The notes under the pieces were generated by a model. It was not told the DNA's origin and made no database searches. It was given only the letters and a program-made list of their open reading frames with translations. The translations under genes and the position numbers were made by a program. From contig JAGVNC010000028.1 of the NCBI GenBank assembly GCA_020053475.1, positions 551-64,550 on the forward strand: a DNA stretch of 64,000 nt, in the 5' to 3' direction. The stretch's first letter is position 1; every line of letters starts with the position of its first letter. Shown piece by piece: positions 29,537-42,464 of this stretch. Origin of the DNA: Candidatus Omnitrophota bacterium (GTDB lineage: Bacteria > Omnitrophota > Gorgyraeia > Zapsychrales > Zapsychraceae).

Positions 29537-30079
29537 TCACACAACTCTTGTGACGGCTTGGACAATATCTTCCACGTCGGCGATATGGCCATCATCGGTG
29601 ATGCCGCAAGCCAAATTCCCCTTCACCGGTTCAATAAATTTAATCCCGTATTTTTTAAGCTTAGCGCAATTGTCCTGCACAATCTTATTTTGATACATAT
29701 GGGTATTCATGGCAGGAGCAATCAGGATGGGTGCTTGAGTTCCCAAAAGAATGCATGTCAATAAATCATCGGCGATGCCGCAAGCAATTTTTCCGATAAT
29801 GTTGGCAGTGGCGGGCGCGATCAAAACACAATCGGCACTTTCGGCCAATCGAATGTGGGGCATTTGCCAGGCCGATGCCGCATCCCTCAAGGACGAACGA
29901 TAAACCTCTTCTCCGGCGAGACTTGATAATGTTAAAGGCGTAATAAAGTGTTCGGCCGATTCGCTCATGACCACAGAAACGTTATATCCTTTTTCCTGGA
30001 GTCGGCGCAAAATATCGGCAGCCTTATAAGCTGCGATGCTCCCCGTTACACCTAAAATAATCCGCTTATGTTTATTCAC
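29537..30079 (-). CDS. coaC: Phosphopantothenoylcysteine decarboxylase (stand-alone CoaC)
   Basis: GVTGSIAAYKA, APATAN, PAMN, LACG; only 180 aa, no CoaB half. Confidence 0.9.
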   Translation of the reverse strand: MNKHKRIILGVTGSIAAYKAADILRRLQEKGYNVSVVMSESAEHFITPLTLSSLAGEEVYRSSLRDAASAWQMPHIRLAESADCVLIAPATANIIGKIACGIADDLLTCILLGTQAPILIAPAMNTHMYQNKIVQDNCAKLKKYGIKFIEPVKGNLACGITDDGHIADVEDIVQAVTRVV

Positions 30080-30097
30080 GACGAACCATCTTTTGGG

Positions 30098-30343
30098 TTA
30101 TTTTTTCTTAGATTCTTTTGAAAGGGCTTCGGTTCGATCAGCGGCGGCTTGTTTGGTCATAACCTTGCCTTTGAGGATTTCTTCAAGGGCAATGGTTGTT
30201 GTTTTCTCGGACATAGACATTTCGACTAATTTCGGTTTTCCCTCAGCCAGTTCCTGCGCACGTAAAGCAGCCAATCGCACTAGTTTATAAACGCTCCACT
30301 CTGCCCTGGGTAACAAATTCTCGATGGGTTGTCTCATCGTCAT
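30098..30343 (-). CDS. rpoZ: RNA polymerase omega subunit
   Basis: YKLVRLAALRAQEL...IALEEI; lies between gmk and coaC. Confidence 0.9.
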   Translation of the reverse strand: MTMRQPIENLLPRAEWSVYKLVRLAALRAQELAEGKPKLVEMSMSEKTTTIALEEILKGKVMTKQAAADRTEALSKESKKK

Positions 30344-30501
30344 AAATATTTCTCCTTTTAAAAACCAACGACTTAATAAAATATAGTTTTAGTATTATAT
30401 ATATCCAAGAAATAGGGACTATATATAGCATAAGCCTTTCGTCTTGTCAATCTTCCCATCAGGCGGGCCTGAAAAAGCGAGCTTGGCCCGGGAGTGGCTC
30501 C

Positions 30502-31074
30502 TTAGCGCTGGACGATCCTTAAGATGAGCTTCGCAAGTTGTTGATAACAGCTGGAAAAATTGTCATTCACAATCACATAGTCGTATTCGCGGGCTTGTTT
30601 CATTTCTTCGCTGGCCACTTTCATGCGCAGGGACAGGCTTTGGTTTGTTTCGGTGCCTCTTTGCTTTAAGCGTTCCTTCAAAATAGCCAGGGATGGAACT
30701 TTGACAAAAATAGTGATGGCATGCGGCAGTTTTCGGCGGACGACATTGGCCCCCTTGACATCGATTGTTAGCAAAACGTTTTTGCCTTCTTTTAATAAAT
30801 CCTTCACACCCTTTTGGGGCGTGCCGTAGTAGTTACCAAAAACTTTTTGCGATTCCAGAAAATGCCCCGACCGTTTTTTGAATAAAAAGGCCTTGGGGCT
30901 GATAAAAAAATAATCCCGGCCATGTTTTTCTCCAGCCCGTCGGGAACGTGTCGTGATCGACACACAGCGGATCAAACGCCCGGACAGTCTTTTACTCGCC
31001 AAGATTTTCTGATAAAGTGTCGTTTTCCCGGATCCGGAAGGCCCGGAAAGAATGATGATTTTCCCTCGACGCAT
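30502..31074 (-). CDS. gmk: Guanylate kinase
   Basis: GPSGSGKTT, TTR, GRDYFF, YYGT. Confidence 0.96.
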   Translation of the reverse strand: MRRGKIIILSGPSGSGKTTLYQKILASKRLSGRLIRCVSITTRSRRAGEKHGRDYFFISPKAFLFKKRSGHFLESQKVFGNYYGTPQKGVKDLLKEGKNVLLTIDVKGANVVRRKLPHAITIFVKVPSLAILKERLKQRGTETNQSLSLRMKVASEEMKQAREYDYVIVNDNFSSCYQQLAKLILRIVQR

Positions 31075-31127
31075 GGATGGCGATGAACCCTTCTTCCTTG
31101 GAAGGCTAACAATGACGCATCGAGAAG

Positions 31128-31949
31128 TTACTCGACGTTTTGTGCCTGTTCGCGGATTTTTTCTACTTTTCCTTTCAGGGCAATCACCTGATTGGAAACA
31201 ATTTTATCTTGTAATTTGGACCCGATGGTGTTGGTTTCCCGCTGCATTTCTTGAGCAATAAAGTCAATTTTCTTGCCAATCGCCGCAGAACTTTTCAACA
31301 GAATCTTCATCTCTTCGACATAATGCCTGAGCCGCATCAACTCTTCGCTGACATCGTTACTTTTACGAAAAGAAACGATTTCATCATGCGTTAATATTTT
31401 TTGCTTCTCACGTAAAATATGGCCATAGCGCCCTTGAATTTTTTGGATCCGCTGTTGCATGCGCCGTAAAAGGACATTAATGTCCGCCGCCAAACTCTTG
31501 CCTTCCCGCAGGCGCATGCGTACCAAATCGTTCAAGGCTTGATCGATAGAACGACGGAACGCCGGCCATATCGCATCTGGGTCGATGAATGTTTCCTTGG
31601 CCTCAACAACACCCGGGAGCTTGACGACATCCGACAATGTTAGATCATTTTCAAACCCAAATTCACGCTCTAGTTGATGAATAAACTTTAAATGTTGACG
31701 GACAATATCTTTGTTTAACGATACAGCAATGGTGGGTTTTTCGATAATTTTAAAATTGACCGTAATGCGCCCCCGTTCGATGTGTTTTTGCAACAAGCTG
31801 CGCAAACGATCTTCGAATGCGGCGAATCCCCCGGGAAGATAAAATGTCACATCAAAATAGCGGTGATTCAATGTTTTGATTTCGACCAACGCCCTTAACT
31901 TTCCAACGGCCACTTCTTTGGTACCAAACCCTGTCATCCCCTTAATCAT
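31128..31949 (-). CDS. yicC: YicC/YloC family endoribonuclease
   Basis: MTGFG, NHRY, QEMQRETNTIGSK, IREQAQNVE. Confidence 0.93.
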   Translation of the reverse strand: MIKGMTGFGTKEVAVGKLRALVEIKTLNHRYFDVTFYLPGGFAAFEDRLRSLLQKHIERGRITVNFKIIEKPTIAVSLNKDIVRQHLKFIHQLEREFGFENDLTLSDVVKLPGVVEAKETFIDPDAIWPAFRRSIDQALNDLVRMRLREGKSLAADINVLLRRMQQRIQKIQGRYGHILREKQKILTHDEIVSFRKSNDVSEELMRLRHYVEEMKILLKSSAAIGKKIDFIAQEMQRETNTIGSKLQDKIVSNQVIALKGKVEKIREQAQNVE

Positions 31950-32434
31950 GAACGTCCCTTCGCTTTTGATTGTTGAATATGTTGAGAAAAGCCGCGCACT
32001 TCCGCCGGGGTAAACCATAAGCGTATTTCCCGTCGCGCCTCTTTCGCATTCGACGAAACATGGACAACATTTTCATAAACGCCTTTGGTCGTGATGCGCC
32101 CAAACGCCCCTCGAATGCTGCGCGGGTTGGCTTCCTCGGGGTTCGTGGCGCCGGCAATGGCCCGGCAGCGTTTGATGGCCTGGTCTCCATAATACACCAT
32201 CACCAAAACACTCCCAATCCCATTTAATTTTCCCGACAAATAATTAATAATCTCTTCGAAAAAAGGCTTGTTCCTTAATTGTTCATAATGCGCCGCGGCC
32301 AACGCCCGCGTAACTTTCGCCATCTTAATCCCGACGAGTCTTAAAAAAGGAGTGTCGTAACGATCCAAGACGGGGCCGATGAGCCCTCGCTGAATGCCGT
32401 CCGGCTTAATAATGACTAAGGCTGATTCGTTCAT
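31946..32434 (-). CDS. ndk: Nucleoside diphosphate kinase
   Basis: IIKPDG, GATNP, NVVHVS. Confidence 0.94.
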   Translation of the reverse strand: MNESALVIIKPDGIQRGLIGPVLDRYDTPFLRLVGIKMAKVTRALAAAHYEQLRNKPFFEEIINYLSGKLNGIGSVLVMVYYGDQAIKRCRAIAGATNPEEANPRSIRGAFGRITTKGVYENVVHVSSNAKEARREIRLWFTPAEVRGFSQHIQQSKAKGRS

Positions 32435-33273
32435 TTGTGCGAAATGGTTCTAACAATGCGATCCAGATCTTCTAGCGAATAATATTCGATCATGATTTTC
32501 CCGCGCTTCACTCCTCCGGCGATCGTCACCTTGGTCCCTAAAAGTTTTTGTAGCCCTTCTTGGAGAGTCGCGATCTGGGGGTGTTGTGCCATCGATCGTT
32601 TTTGTCGACGAGACTCTGGTTTTCCGGCGTTGACCAAGCGTTCCGTTTCACGCACGGACAATTGTTTTTTGACAATCAATTGATAAATCCTCTTCATCTC
32701 GGACGTTGAGTCCGCGGACAATAACGCCCGGGCGTGCCCGACGGAAACAACATCTCCGTAAAGGCTTTTCTTAATCTCTTCGGGTAAATTCAGCAAGCGC
32801 AGCATGTTGGTGATCGTCGAGCGGTCTTTCGCGACCGATTGGGCGACTTCGTCATGTGTGTAATGGAACTCCTCAATCAATTTTTTATAGGCTTCCGCCT
32901 CTTCCATCGGATTTAATTCCTGCCGCTGAATGTTTTCAATCAAGGCAATCACCAAGGCTTCCCTGTCAGTCACATCTTTGACAATGGCCGGTACTTGCGT
33001 TAACCCCAACGCGCGCGCTGCTTTTAATCGTCTTTCTCCGGCAATGATTTCATATCCCGTATCGGTGCGACGAACCAATATCGGCTGCAAAACACCTTTC
33101 TCTTTAATCGACGCTTTTAATTCATCGAGCTTGTTCCCATCATAATTTGTCCGCGGCTGAAGACGACTGTCTTTGATGAGTTCAACTTGTAAAAAATTCA
33201 CCCCATCTTCCTTTGAAGCCGTGGCCTTTTCGGGAATGAGCGCCGCTAATCCTTTTCCCAATGCTTTTGACAT
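32431..33273 (-). CDS. parB: Chromosome partitioning protein ParB
   Basis: LGKGLAALI, IIAGERR, ENIQR. Confidence 0.96.
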   Translation of the reverse strand: MSKALGKGLAALIPEKATASKEDGVNFLQVELIKDSRLQPRTNYDGNKLDELKASIKEKGVLQPILVRRTDTGYEIIAGERRLKAARALGLTQVPAIVKDVTDREALVIALIENIQRQELNPMEEAEAYKKLIEEFHYTHDEVAQSVAKDRSTITNMLRLLNLPEEIKKSLYGDVVSVGHARALLSADSTSEMKRIYQLIVKKQLSVRETERLVNAGKPESRRQKRSMAQHPQIATLQEGLQKLLGTKVTIAGGVKRGKIMIEYYSLEDLDRIVRTISHK

Positions 33274-33330
33274 GATCACATCCTCCAAGTGTTCAATAAT
33301 TGAACATTATTTAACATCCCCAATATTCAT

Positions 33331-34137
33331 TTAGGCCTCAGCCTTGACATTTCCCAACTTATTGGTATTAAATGATTTATATTCTTTTAAAAATTCGCGC
33401 GCGAGTTCATCATATTTCTTAGAGCCGATCGATGCTGGATCGTATTGATTAATCGGCTTCCCAAAGCTGGGCGCTTCACTTAATTTAACATTGCGAGGAA
33501 TAATCGCTTTGTAGACTTTATCTTTAAAATGATTTTTAATTTCATTAATCACTTCTTCGGTTAAGTTGGTACGAAAATCGGCCATCGTTAACAAAACGCC
33601 TTCGATGTGTAAATGAGGATTGAGGCTGTCTCGGATCAGACTAATTGTACTTAAAAGCTGTGATACCCCCTCTAGGGCGTAAAACTCACATTGGATGGGA
33701 ACAAGAATCGAATCGCACGCAACTAACGAATTCAAGGTTAAAAGGCCCAAAGATGGCGGCGAATCAATGAAGATGTAATCATATTGATCTTTGATTGAGT
33801 CCAAAGCTCTTTTGAGTCTTGTTTCGCGAGAAATGGCGCCGGCAAGTTCAATTTCGGCGCCGGTTAGATTGATATTACAAGGAAGGATTGAAAGGTTGGG
33901 ATAGGCGGTTTGAAGAATGACATCGGCGATTTGCGATCTATTAAGTAGAATCTCGTAAACAGAGGATCCTAATTCATTTTTGTTGACCCCAATCCCGCTA
34001 GTTGCATTCCCCTGCGGATCAGCATCGACAATAAGCACCTTTTTGCCTAATTCGGCTAAAGCTGCGGATAAATTAACCGTTGTTGTTGTCTTTCCTGTGC
34101 CGCCTTTTTGATTACAAATGCTTATAATCTTGCCCAT
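33331..34137 (-). CDS. parA: Chromosome partitioning ATPase ParA/Soj
   Basis: NQKGGTGKTT, DPQGNA, EAPSFG. Confidence 0.96.
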   Translation of the reverse strand: MGKIISICNQKGGTGKTTTTVNLSAALAELGKKVLIVDADPQGNATSGIGVNKNELGSSVYEILLNRSQIADVILQTAYPNLSILPCNINLTGAEIELAGAISRETRLKRALDSIKDQYDYIFIDSPPSLGLLTLNSLVACDSILVPIQCEFYALEGVSQLLSTISLIRDSLNPHLHIEGVLLTMADFRTNLTEEVINEIKNHFKDKVYKAIIPRNVKLSEAPSFGKPINQYDPASIGSKKYDELAREFLKEYKSFNTNKLGNVKAEA

Positions 34138-34146
34138 AGTTTGAGA

Positions 34147-34211
34147 TCCCGTGGAAGGAAAAACCTTCCCGGGATTTTAAATCCCTGAAATCGCAAAGCG
34201 ATTTCAGAGGA
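34147..34211 (+). repeat. REP-like double-hairpin element, copy 3
   Basis: TCCCGTGGAAGGAAAAACCTTCCCGGGA-TTTTAAA-TCCCTGAAATCGCAAAGCGATTTCAGAGGA. Confidence 0.85.
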
Positions 34212-34264
34212 TGTTTCACGTGAAACGTTCATTTATCCAAGATTGGCATGTTTCACGTGAAACA
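34212..34264. promoter_or_regulatory. parS: Two parS centromere sites
   Basis: TGTTTCACGTGAAACG (34212-34227) and perfect TGTTTCACGTGAAACA (34249-34264). Confidence 0.95.
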
Positions 34265-34302
34265 TTACCGATAATTCTATTTTCTATGAATTCAGAGAAA
34301 AA

Positions 34303-34509
34303 TCAAGAAAATTGTTGTTTTTCTTTAATGGAGACTTTTATTTTGGCGGGCTTGGCACCCTCCATCCCGAAAAGGCCCTTCTTTTCTTCGCAGACGATCT
34401 TGACGACAATATCATCCCGGGTGACATTAAGAAGCTTAACCGCTTTCTCAATGGCCTCTTCTACGTCACCCCCTTCAACCTCTATGCTTTTGGACACTTT
34501 TTTTCTCAT
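34303..34509 (-). CDS. Jag N-terminal domain-only protein
   Basis: IEVEGGDVEEAIEKA...KKGLFG...PAKIKV; no KH or R3H domain. Confidence 0.85.
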   Translation of the reverse strand: MRKKVSKSIEVEGGDVEEAIEKAVKLLNVTRDDIVVKIVCEEKKGLFGMEGAKPAKIKVSIKEKQQFS

Positions 34510-36125
34510 GCGATAACCGGTTGATTCTTGTACATCCGATATTGGGTAATCGTGGAAAAAATATAAAACATCGTAAAATATAGCGTCAATCCGCTCGCAA
34601 ATTTATAGAAAATGAACCCCATCATAATAGGCATCATGATCATCATCATTTTTTGCTGAGAAACCTGGGCCGCATCAGTCATTACCATGTTTTTGCTGGA
34701 AATCTTCTGCTGATAGAACATAATAAAAGCCATTAAAAGCGGCAGCAAATTGAGCTCATTGCCTATAATAGGTAAACTGTGCGGAAAAACAAACAAGCGA
34801 TCAGGCTCAGATAAGTCTTTGATCCACAAGAACTTAGCATTTTTAAAGGCTACTGATCGCCATAAAACCTGATAAAGTCCAATAAAAATTGGCATTTGAA
34901 ATAGAAACGGAAGGCATCCTCCAAAAGGGTTGATTTTCTCTCTTTTGTAAATCTCCATCATCTCTTGATTCATTTTTTGGGGATTATTCTTATATTTTTC
35001 CTTTAAACTCGCGATTTTAGGCTGGATGCCCTGAATTTTCTTCATGGATAACATCCCGCGGATCGTCAACGGGTATGTCACCAAATAAATAAGGCTGCTA
35101 ATGAGAATAATGACGATTCCCCAATTGGGGATAAATTTATAGAAGGCATGCATCGCAGAATAAATGATCTTGGCAATCCCATCAAACAAGCCAAAACGGT
35201 AAAACATCTGGATTTTTTCAAATCCTTCTTTGTATTTGCGCAAAAGCCTGATCTCTTCGGGGCCCGTATAAATAAGGCTATCAAAAACAGCCGTCCCTGC
35301 GCTTTCAATATTCTCGTCGGGAGAATGAATCGACACCTTTAGGTGGTGTTCATCCAAGGCATTGATTTTGTAACCAAATGTCTCGTAGCGCGGCTTGATG
35401 ATTGTGCAGAAATATTTATTTCGAAAACCGACCCATTCAATCGCTTCATTGGCTTCTTTATTTTCCTTATCGGAAAATTTAAAAGCGTTGTTCTTCCTTA
35501 TAGTTGAATTTTTAGCGAAGACAACGTATTCATTGAGAGGTTTATCAGTATCCCGTGTTTTGGGATTGTTTTGATTGGACATATCCAATTCATAACCAAT
35601 TGTCGAGCCATTAATCAGTTTGGACATTTCTGACTTATTAATGATCTTGGTCTTTGTTTGGATTATAAATTCTCCTTGGACAATTTCATAAATTCTTTCT
35701 ATTTTAATATCACTTGATTCCCATTCATATTTGATAAAGTTTTCTCTTAACTCACTTGCATTATAAATATTTGAATCAAAGCTCAGCAAATAGTTAATGC
35801 TTGTTAAAGGAAAAGAGACCCGATATTCCTTTAAGCGAATATTTTTAATCGTCCCTCCAATATTAGAAAATTCAACGATCAGCTTGTCCGATTCCAAAGT
35901 ACTTATTTGTTCATTGTCTATTGGCTTAAGCACAACTGTATTTTGCTCAACCGGGAAAGAAGGAGGGCGAGAGGAAGGACTGGTCGCCGTTGAATCCGCA
36001 ACTTGTTTATTATCAACAACTTGTGTTGTTTCTTTTAGCGGGCGCCTAGGCGGAGGGAATAAAACAGACCACGCAAACAAAACAAGAAAAGATAAGACAA
36101 CGGGAATGATTAATCGTTTTTCCAT
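34506..36125 (-). CDS. yidC: Membrane protein insertase YidC
   Basis: NWGIVII, NPFGGCLPFLFQMPIF, WIKDLSEPD. Confidence 0.96.
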   Translation of the reverse strand: MEKRLIIPVVLSFLVLFAWSVLFPPPRRPLKETTQVVDNKQVADSTATSPSSRPPSFPVEQNTVVLKPIDNEQISTLESDKLIVEFSNIGGTIKNIRLKEYRVSFPLTSINYLLSFDSNIYNASELRENFIKYEWESSDIKIERIYEIVQGEFIIQTKTKIINKSEMSKLINGSTIGYELDMSNQNNPKTRDTDKPLNEYVVFAKNSTIRKNNAFKFSDKENKEANEAIEWVGFRNKYFCTIIKPRYETFGYKINALDEHHLKVSIHSPDENIESAGTAVFDSLIYTGPEEIRLLRKYKEGFEKIQMFYRFGLFDGIAKIIYSAMHAFYKFIPNWGIVIILISSLIYLVTYPLTIRGMLSMKKIQGIQPKIASLKEKYKNNPQKMNQEMMEIYKREKINPFGGCLPFLFQMPIFIGLYQVLWRSVAFKNAKFLWIKDLSEPDRLFVFPHSLPIIGNELNLLPLLMAFIMFYQQKISSKNMVMTDAAQVSQQKMMMIMMPIMMGFIFYKFASGLTLYFTMFYIFSTITQYRMYKNQPVIA

Positions 36126-36127
36126 AG

Positions 36128-36334
36128 TTAAACCGGATCGTAACCACCCTTAAAAAGGGGGTTGCATTTCAATATTCGCAAAAAGGCCTTCGTTAAGCCA
36201 CGGCCTAGGCCATATTTACTCACAGCATCGAGGGCGTATTGGGAGCAGGAAGGGGTAAATCGACAAGCTGGAGGGAACAGCTGGCGACTAACGCATTGAT
36301 ATCCTTTGACAAGCGCCCGAAAGATAACGGCCAT
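36128..36334 (-). CDS. yidD: Membrane protein insertion efficiency factor
   Basis: [10 protein letters not shown]...RILKCNP...GGYDPV. Confidence 0.95.
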   Translation of the reverse strand: MAVIFRALVKGYQCVSRQLFPPACRFTPSCSQYALDAVSKYGLGRGLTKAFLRILKCNPLFKGGYDPV

Positions 36335-36361
36335 GGATTAGTTCTCCCGCTGATGCTTGGC

Positions 36362-36496
36362 TTAAGCGACTCGCTTGCGGCCCTTGGCGCGTCTTCGGTT
36401 CAACGTTTTTCGTCCGCTTTTACTGCGCATCCTCTTACGAAAACCGTGTCGTCTTTTTCCCTTAATATTTGTTCGCGCTTTTAAATGCTTTTTCAT
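36362..36496 (-). CDS. rpmH: 50S ribosomal protein L34
   Basis: Manual translation MKKHLKARTNIKGKRRHGFRKRMRSKSGRKTLNRRRAKGRKRVA. Confidence 0.93.
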   Translation of the reverse strand: MKKHLKARTNIKGKRRHGFRKRMRSKSGRKTLNRRRAKGRKRVA

Positions 36497-36892
36497 AGTT
36501 GGACAATTATAACATAGAGCTTTAGGGAGTCAAGGTCTTTCCTTTTTTAGAGGCTCAAAACGTTTGTAAATACAAATAGTTACGGCAATTTTGGAATCAT
36601 CATCCTTCCGACGAGAATCATGGTTGAGTGCCCTTCGGCGCGTTTTGGAAGAAAGAATCTGTCCTTCAATCACTTGCCATCCCGGGGCCGAGGAAAAATT
36701 AATTTGAAATAAAAATTTTCTTTGTTATAATAAAACAACTTTCTGGGATGATCATTCTTTTGTCGCGTAAAATATTGCAAACTTTCCGGATCAATAGAAA
36801 TTTTGCTGTCAACCAAAACATTTTGTGCGCCCTTAAGCGATTGTGAGTCTAAAAAGTTTTGGGCATCGGTTTTGTTTTAGGGTAATTCAGGC

Positions 36893-36921
36893 TATTCACC
36901 CCTGTGGATAACCTGTGAAAA
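36893..36921. promoter_or_regulatory. DnaA box(es) upstream of dnaA
   Basis: Perfect TGTGGATAA at 36903-36911 flanked by degenerate boxes. Confidence 0.75.
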
Positions 36922-37006
36922 TCTTTTTTAAAAGACTGCAAGGCTATATTTATCAAATATTTACGCTATTAGAATATTTGCATTGCTTTGATTGAATGAG
37001 TTCATT

Positions 37007-38344
37007 ATGAGTTTATCCAACGTTTGGAAAAAAGCCCAAGACATGATCAAAGAGAAGGTAGGGACAACCTCTTATGATACATGGTTCTCGACGCTGCAAG
37101 TGAAGGAACAATCCCCGCAAACTCTGGTGATCGAAACCCCGGATGAATTTTTTAAAAGTTGGATTGTCGAACATTATCAACCCTTTATTGATGAAACCAT
37201 CCATTCTTTGCACGAAGGCCCTATTAAGATTGAATATACGGTGAACACCGATTTAATCGAAAAAACCACTCAATCCCGCTTATCGAAATTTGAGCAAACA
37301 TTCGTTGAAGACAAATCGCCGAAAGCGGTATTAAATGCCCGCTTTACGTTTGAAAATTTTGTCATTGGGCCGTCTAATCGATTTGCGTGCGCCGCAGGAT
37401 TAGCCGTCGCCGAGGCCCCGGCCAAAGCATATAACCCTTTCTTTGTGTATGGCCAAGTTGGGTTAGGGAAAACCCATCTGATTCAAGCAATTACCCATAA
37501 AATCCGCCAGCTTAACCCCAGCGCAAAAATTTGTTATATTACCTCGGAGCGGTTCACGAACGAGCTGATTGAGGCGATTCGCCATCAATCCACGCCGAAC
37601 TTTCGGAAAAAATATCGGGAAATTGACGTTTTGCTCATTGATGACATTCATTTTATTGCCGGCAAAGAATCGACCCAGGAAGAATTCTTCCACACGTTTA
37701 ACGCGTTGCATGATAATCGAAAACAAATCATTATTACATCCGATCGGCCGCCCAAAGAAATCACCAACTTAGAAGAACGGCTGCGTTCACGCTTTGCCTG
37801 GGGACTGATTGCCGATGTTCAGCCTCCGGACTTTGAAACGCGCGTGGCAATCTTGCGTAAAAAAATCGAAAAAGAACCCATCCATGTTCCCGACGACGTT
37901 ATTTATTTTATTGCCGAACAGGTGCCCACCAATATTCGTGAACTAGAGGGGGCGTTGATTCGTGTGGCCGCTTATTCATTGTTGGAAGACAAGGTGATTT
38001 CGCTGGAGATGACCAAAGTCGTTCTCAAAGACATGGTGAAGGAGGCCACGAAAATTATTAGTATGGAGATGATCCAAAAATCCGTAGCCAACCATTACCA
38101 GATTTCATTGGCTGAGTTACGCGCCAAACGTCGAAATAAGAACATTGTTTTCCCCCGGCAAATGGCAATGTATTTAGCGCGCCAATTAACGAAAATGTCG
38201 TTACCGGAGATTGGGAACTCTTTTGGCGGGAAAGATCACACAACGGTCTTACATGCCTGTAAAAAGATTGAGCAAGAAATGTTGAAAAGTACCGACATTA
38301 AACACACGATCCTTGAGTTAACTTTAGTTATTAAGAACCCTTAG
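37007..38344 (+). CDS. dnaA: Chromosomal replication initiator DnaA
   Basis: YNPFFVYGQVGLGKTHL, QEEFFHTFN, GGKDHTTVLHA. Confidence 0.98.
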   Translation: MSLSNVWKKAQDMIKEKVGTTSYDTWFSTLQVKEQSPQTLVIETPDEFFKSWIVEHYQPFIDETIHSLHEGPIKIEYTVNTDLIEKTTQSRLSKFEQTFVEDKSPKAVLNARFTFENFVIGPSNRFACAAGLAVAEAPAKAYNPFFVYGQVGLGKTHLIQAITHKIRQLNPSAKICYITSERFTNELIEAIRHQSTPNFRKKYREIDVLLIDDIHFIAGKESTQEEFFHTFNALHDNRKQIIITSDRPPKEITNLEERLRSRFAWGLIADVQPPDFETRVAILRKKIEKEPIHVPDDVIYFIAEQVPTNIRELEGALIRVAAYSLLEDKVISLEMTKVVLKDMVKEATKIISMEMIQKSVANHYQISLAELRAKRRNKNIVFPRQMAMYLARQLTKMSLPEIGNSFGGKDHTTVLHACKKIEQEMLKSTDIKHTILELTLVIKNP

Positions 38345-38480
38345 TCTAGATATCCAAAGGCATTGAACAATTAAAAAGGTTGTAAGTTATTAGAAAAAAA
38401 TATTTTATATTTTTATTAGATTTATCCACAGGCCCTATTACTAAGGCTACTAATTGTTCTTATTAAAATATATAAGTAGG
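38345..38480. other. oriC: oriC unwinding region
   Basis: TTATCCACA (38422-38430), then GGCCC, then TATTACTAAGGCTACTA trio-like tract, in AT-rich DNA between dnaA and dnaN; gene orientation switches nearby. Confidence 0.8.
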
Positions 38481-38494
38481 AGGTTGTTAATAAT

Positions 38495-39583
38495 ATGAAA
38501 ATTAAGTGTTCTAAGGATGTTTTAATGCAGGGAGTTCAGGCTGTCCAAAACGTTGTTTCGCCAAAAATTACATTACCTATTCTCTCTAATATTCTTTTAG
38601 AAACAAAAAAGAATACATTGTATTTAACGGCGACCGACTTAGATATTGGGATCTCTTGTGAAATTCCTGTGGAAGTAATTCTGGATGGGGCGATTACGGT
38701 TCCCGCCAAGCGATTTAGCGATATTATTAAGGAGCTGCCTTCCGGAGATGTGGTGGTCCATGCGAAGAAAAATTATCAGGTGGATATTGAAGGCAATAAT
38801 TTTCGATTTAAATTAATCGGGATGCCTAAAGACGAGTTTCCTAAATTCCCCGAGTTTAAAGAAAAAGACATTATTTCTATTGAGCAAAAAACATTAAAGG
38901 AAATGTTGCGGTTAACAAGTTTTGCCGTATCCCACGAGGAATCACGCTATGTCCTCAATGGTGTTCTTTTAGAGGTAGCGGAAAATAAAATCCGCCTCGT
39001 GGCGACCGATGGGAGACGGTTGGCTAAAATTGAAAGAGTCCTTTCTCATCCAACATCCAAAGAGATCACGGTCATCATCCCCATTAAAGCCATTCAGGAA
39101 ATCAATCGTAATTTGAAAGACGAAGGCAATGTGATATTAAGTGTGGGGCTAAATCAAGTGTTGTTTGATGTTGGAGGGATTCTGATTGCCACGCGCATTA
39201 TTGAAGGGGAATTCCCTAATTATCAACAAGTCATCCCAAAATCGCAAGCGGAGAAAATCGTCATGAACCGCCAGGATTTTTTGTCATCGATCCGCCGGGC
39301 GAACCTATTGTCCACGCCGGATTTCCAGGCGGTTAAATTCGAAGTATTTAATAATAAAATGGTGATTTCCAAAACAACACCCGAGGTCGGGGAGTCGCGA
39401 GAAGAGATCCCCATCGAATACGGAGGCTCAGAGCTGGTGGTGGGGTTTAATCCGCATTTTATGATCGATGTGTTAAAAAATATCGAAGAAGAGCAAATTC
39501 ATTTGGAGCTATTGGGGACCGATAAGCCGGGCATCATCCGCCTCAAAGATTATTTATATCTGGCCTTGCCGATGCGTATTTAA
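38495..39583 (+). CDS. dnaN: DNA polymerase III beta clamp
   Basis: LPILSNIL, ATDLD, VATDGRRLA, LPMRI. Confidence 0.97.
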   Translation: MKIKCSKDVLMQGVQAVQNVVSPKITLPILSNILLETKKNTLYLTATDLDIGISCEIPVEVILDGAITVPAKRFSDIIKELPSGDVVVHAKKNYQVDIEGNNFRFKLIGMPKDEFPKFPEFKEKDIISIEQKTLKEMLRLTSFAVSHEESRYVLNGVLLEVAENKIRLVATDGRRLAKIERVLSHPTSKEITVIIPIKAIQEINRNLKDEGNVILSVGLNQVLFDVGGILIATRIIEGEFPNYQQVIPKSQAEKIVMNRQDFLSSIRRANLLSTPDFQAVKFEVFNNKMVISKTTPEVGESREEIPIEYGGSELVVGFNPHFMIDVLKNIEEEQIHLELLGTDKPGIIRLKDYLYLALPMRI

Positions 39584-39668
39584 CCTCAAATGTTGCATTG
39601 CAATGTTGAGGTCGGAACAGATTCCTTCGCGAAAAAATAAGAAATTGATTAGATATTCAGAAATTTTT

Positions 39669-42463
<2,795 letters not shown>

Positions 42464-42464
42464 T

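Noticed and set aside
28815-29764. ORFs across the tRNA cluster
   Set aside because: They overlap tRNA genes and repeats and show no protein-like features.
31076-31125. GGCGATG...AATGACGC resembling a fluoride riboswitch
   Set aside because: It lacks the TCGCC pairing strand, is antisense to the flanking genes and has no plausible target.
34211-34516. ORF beginning MFHVKR
   Set aside because: Translation artefact of the parS palindromes; antisense to the Jag_N gene.
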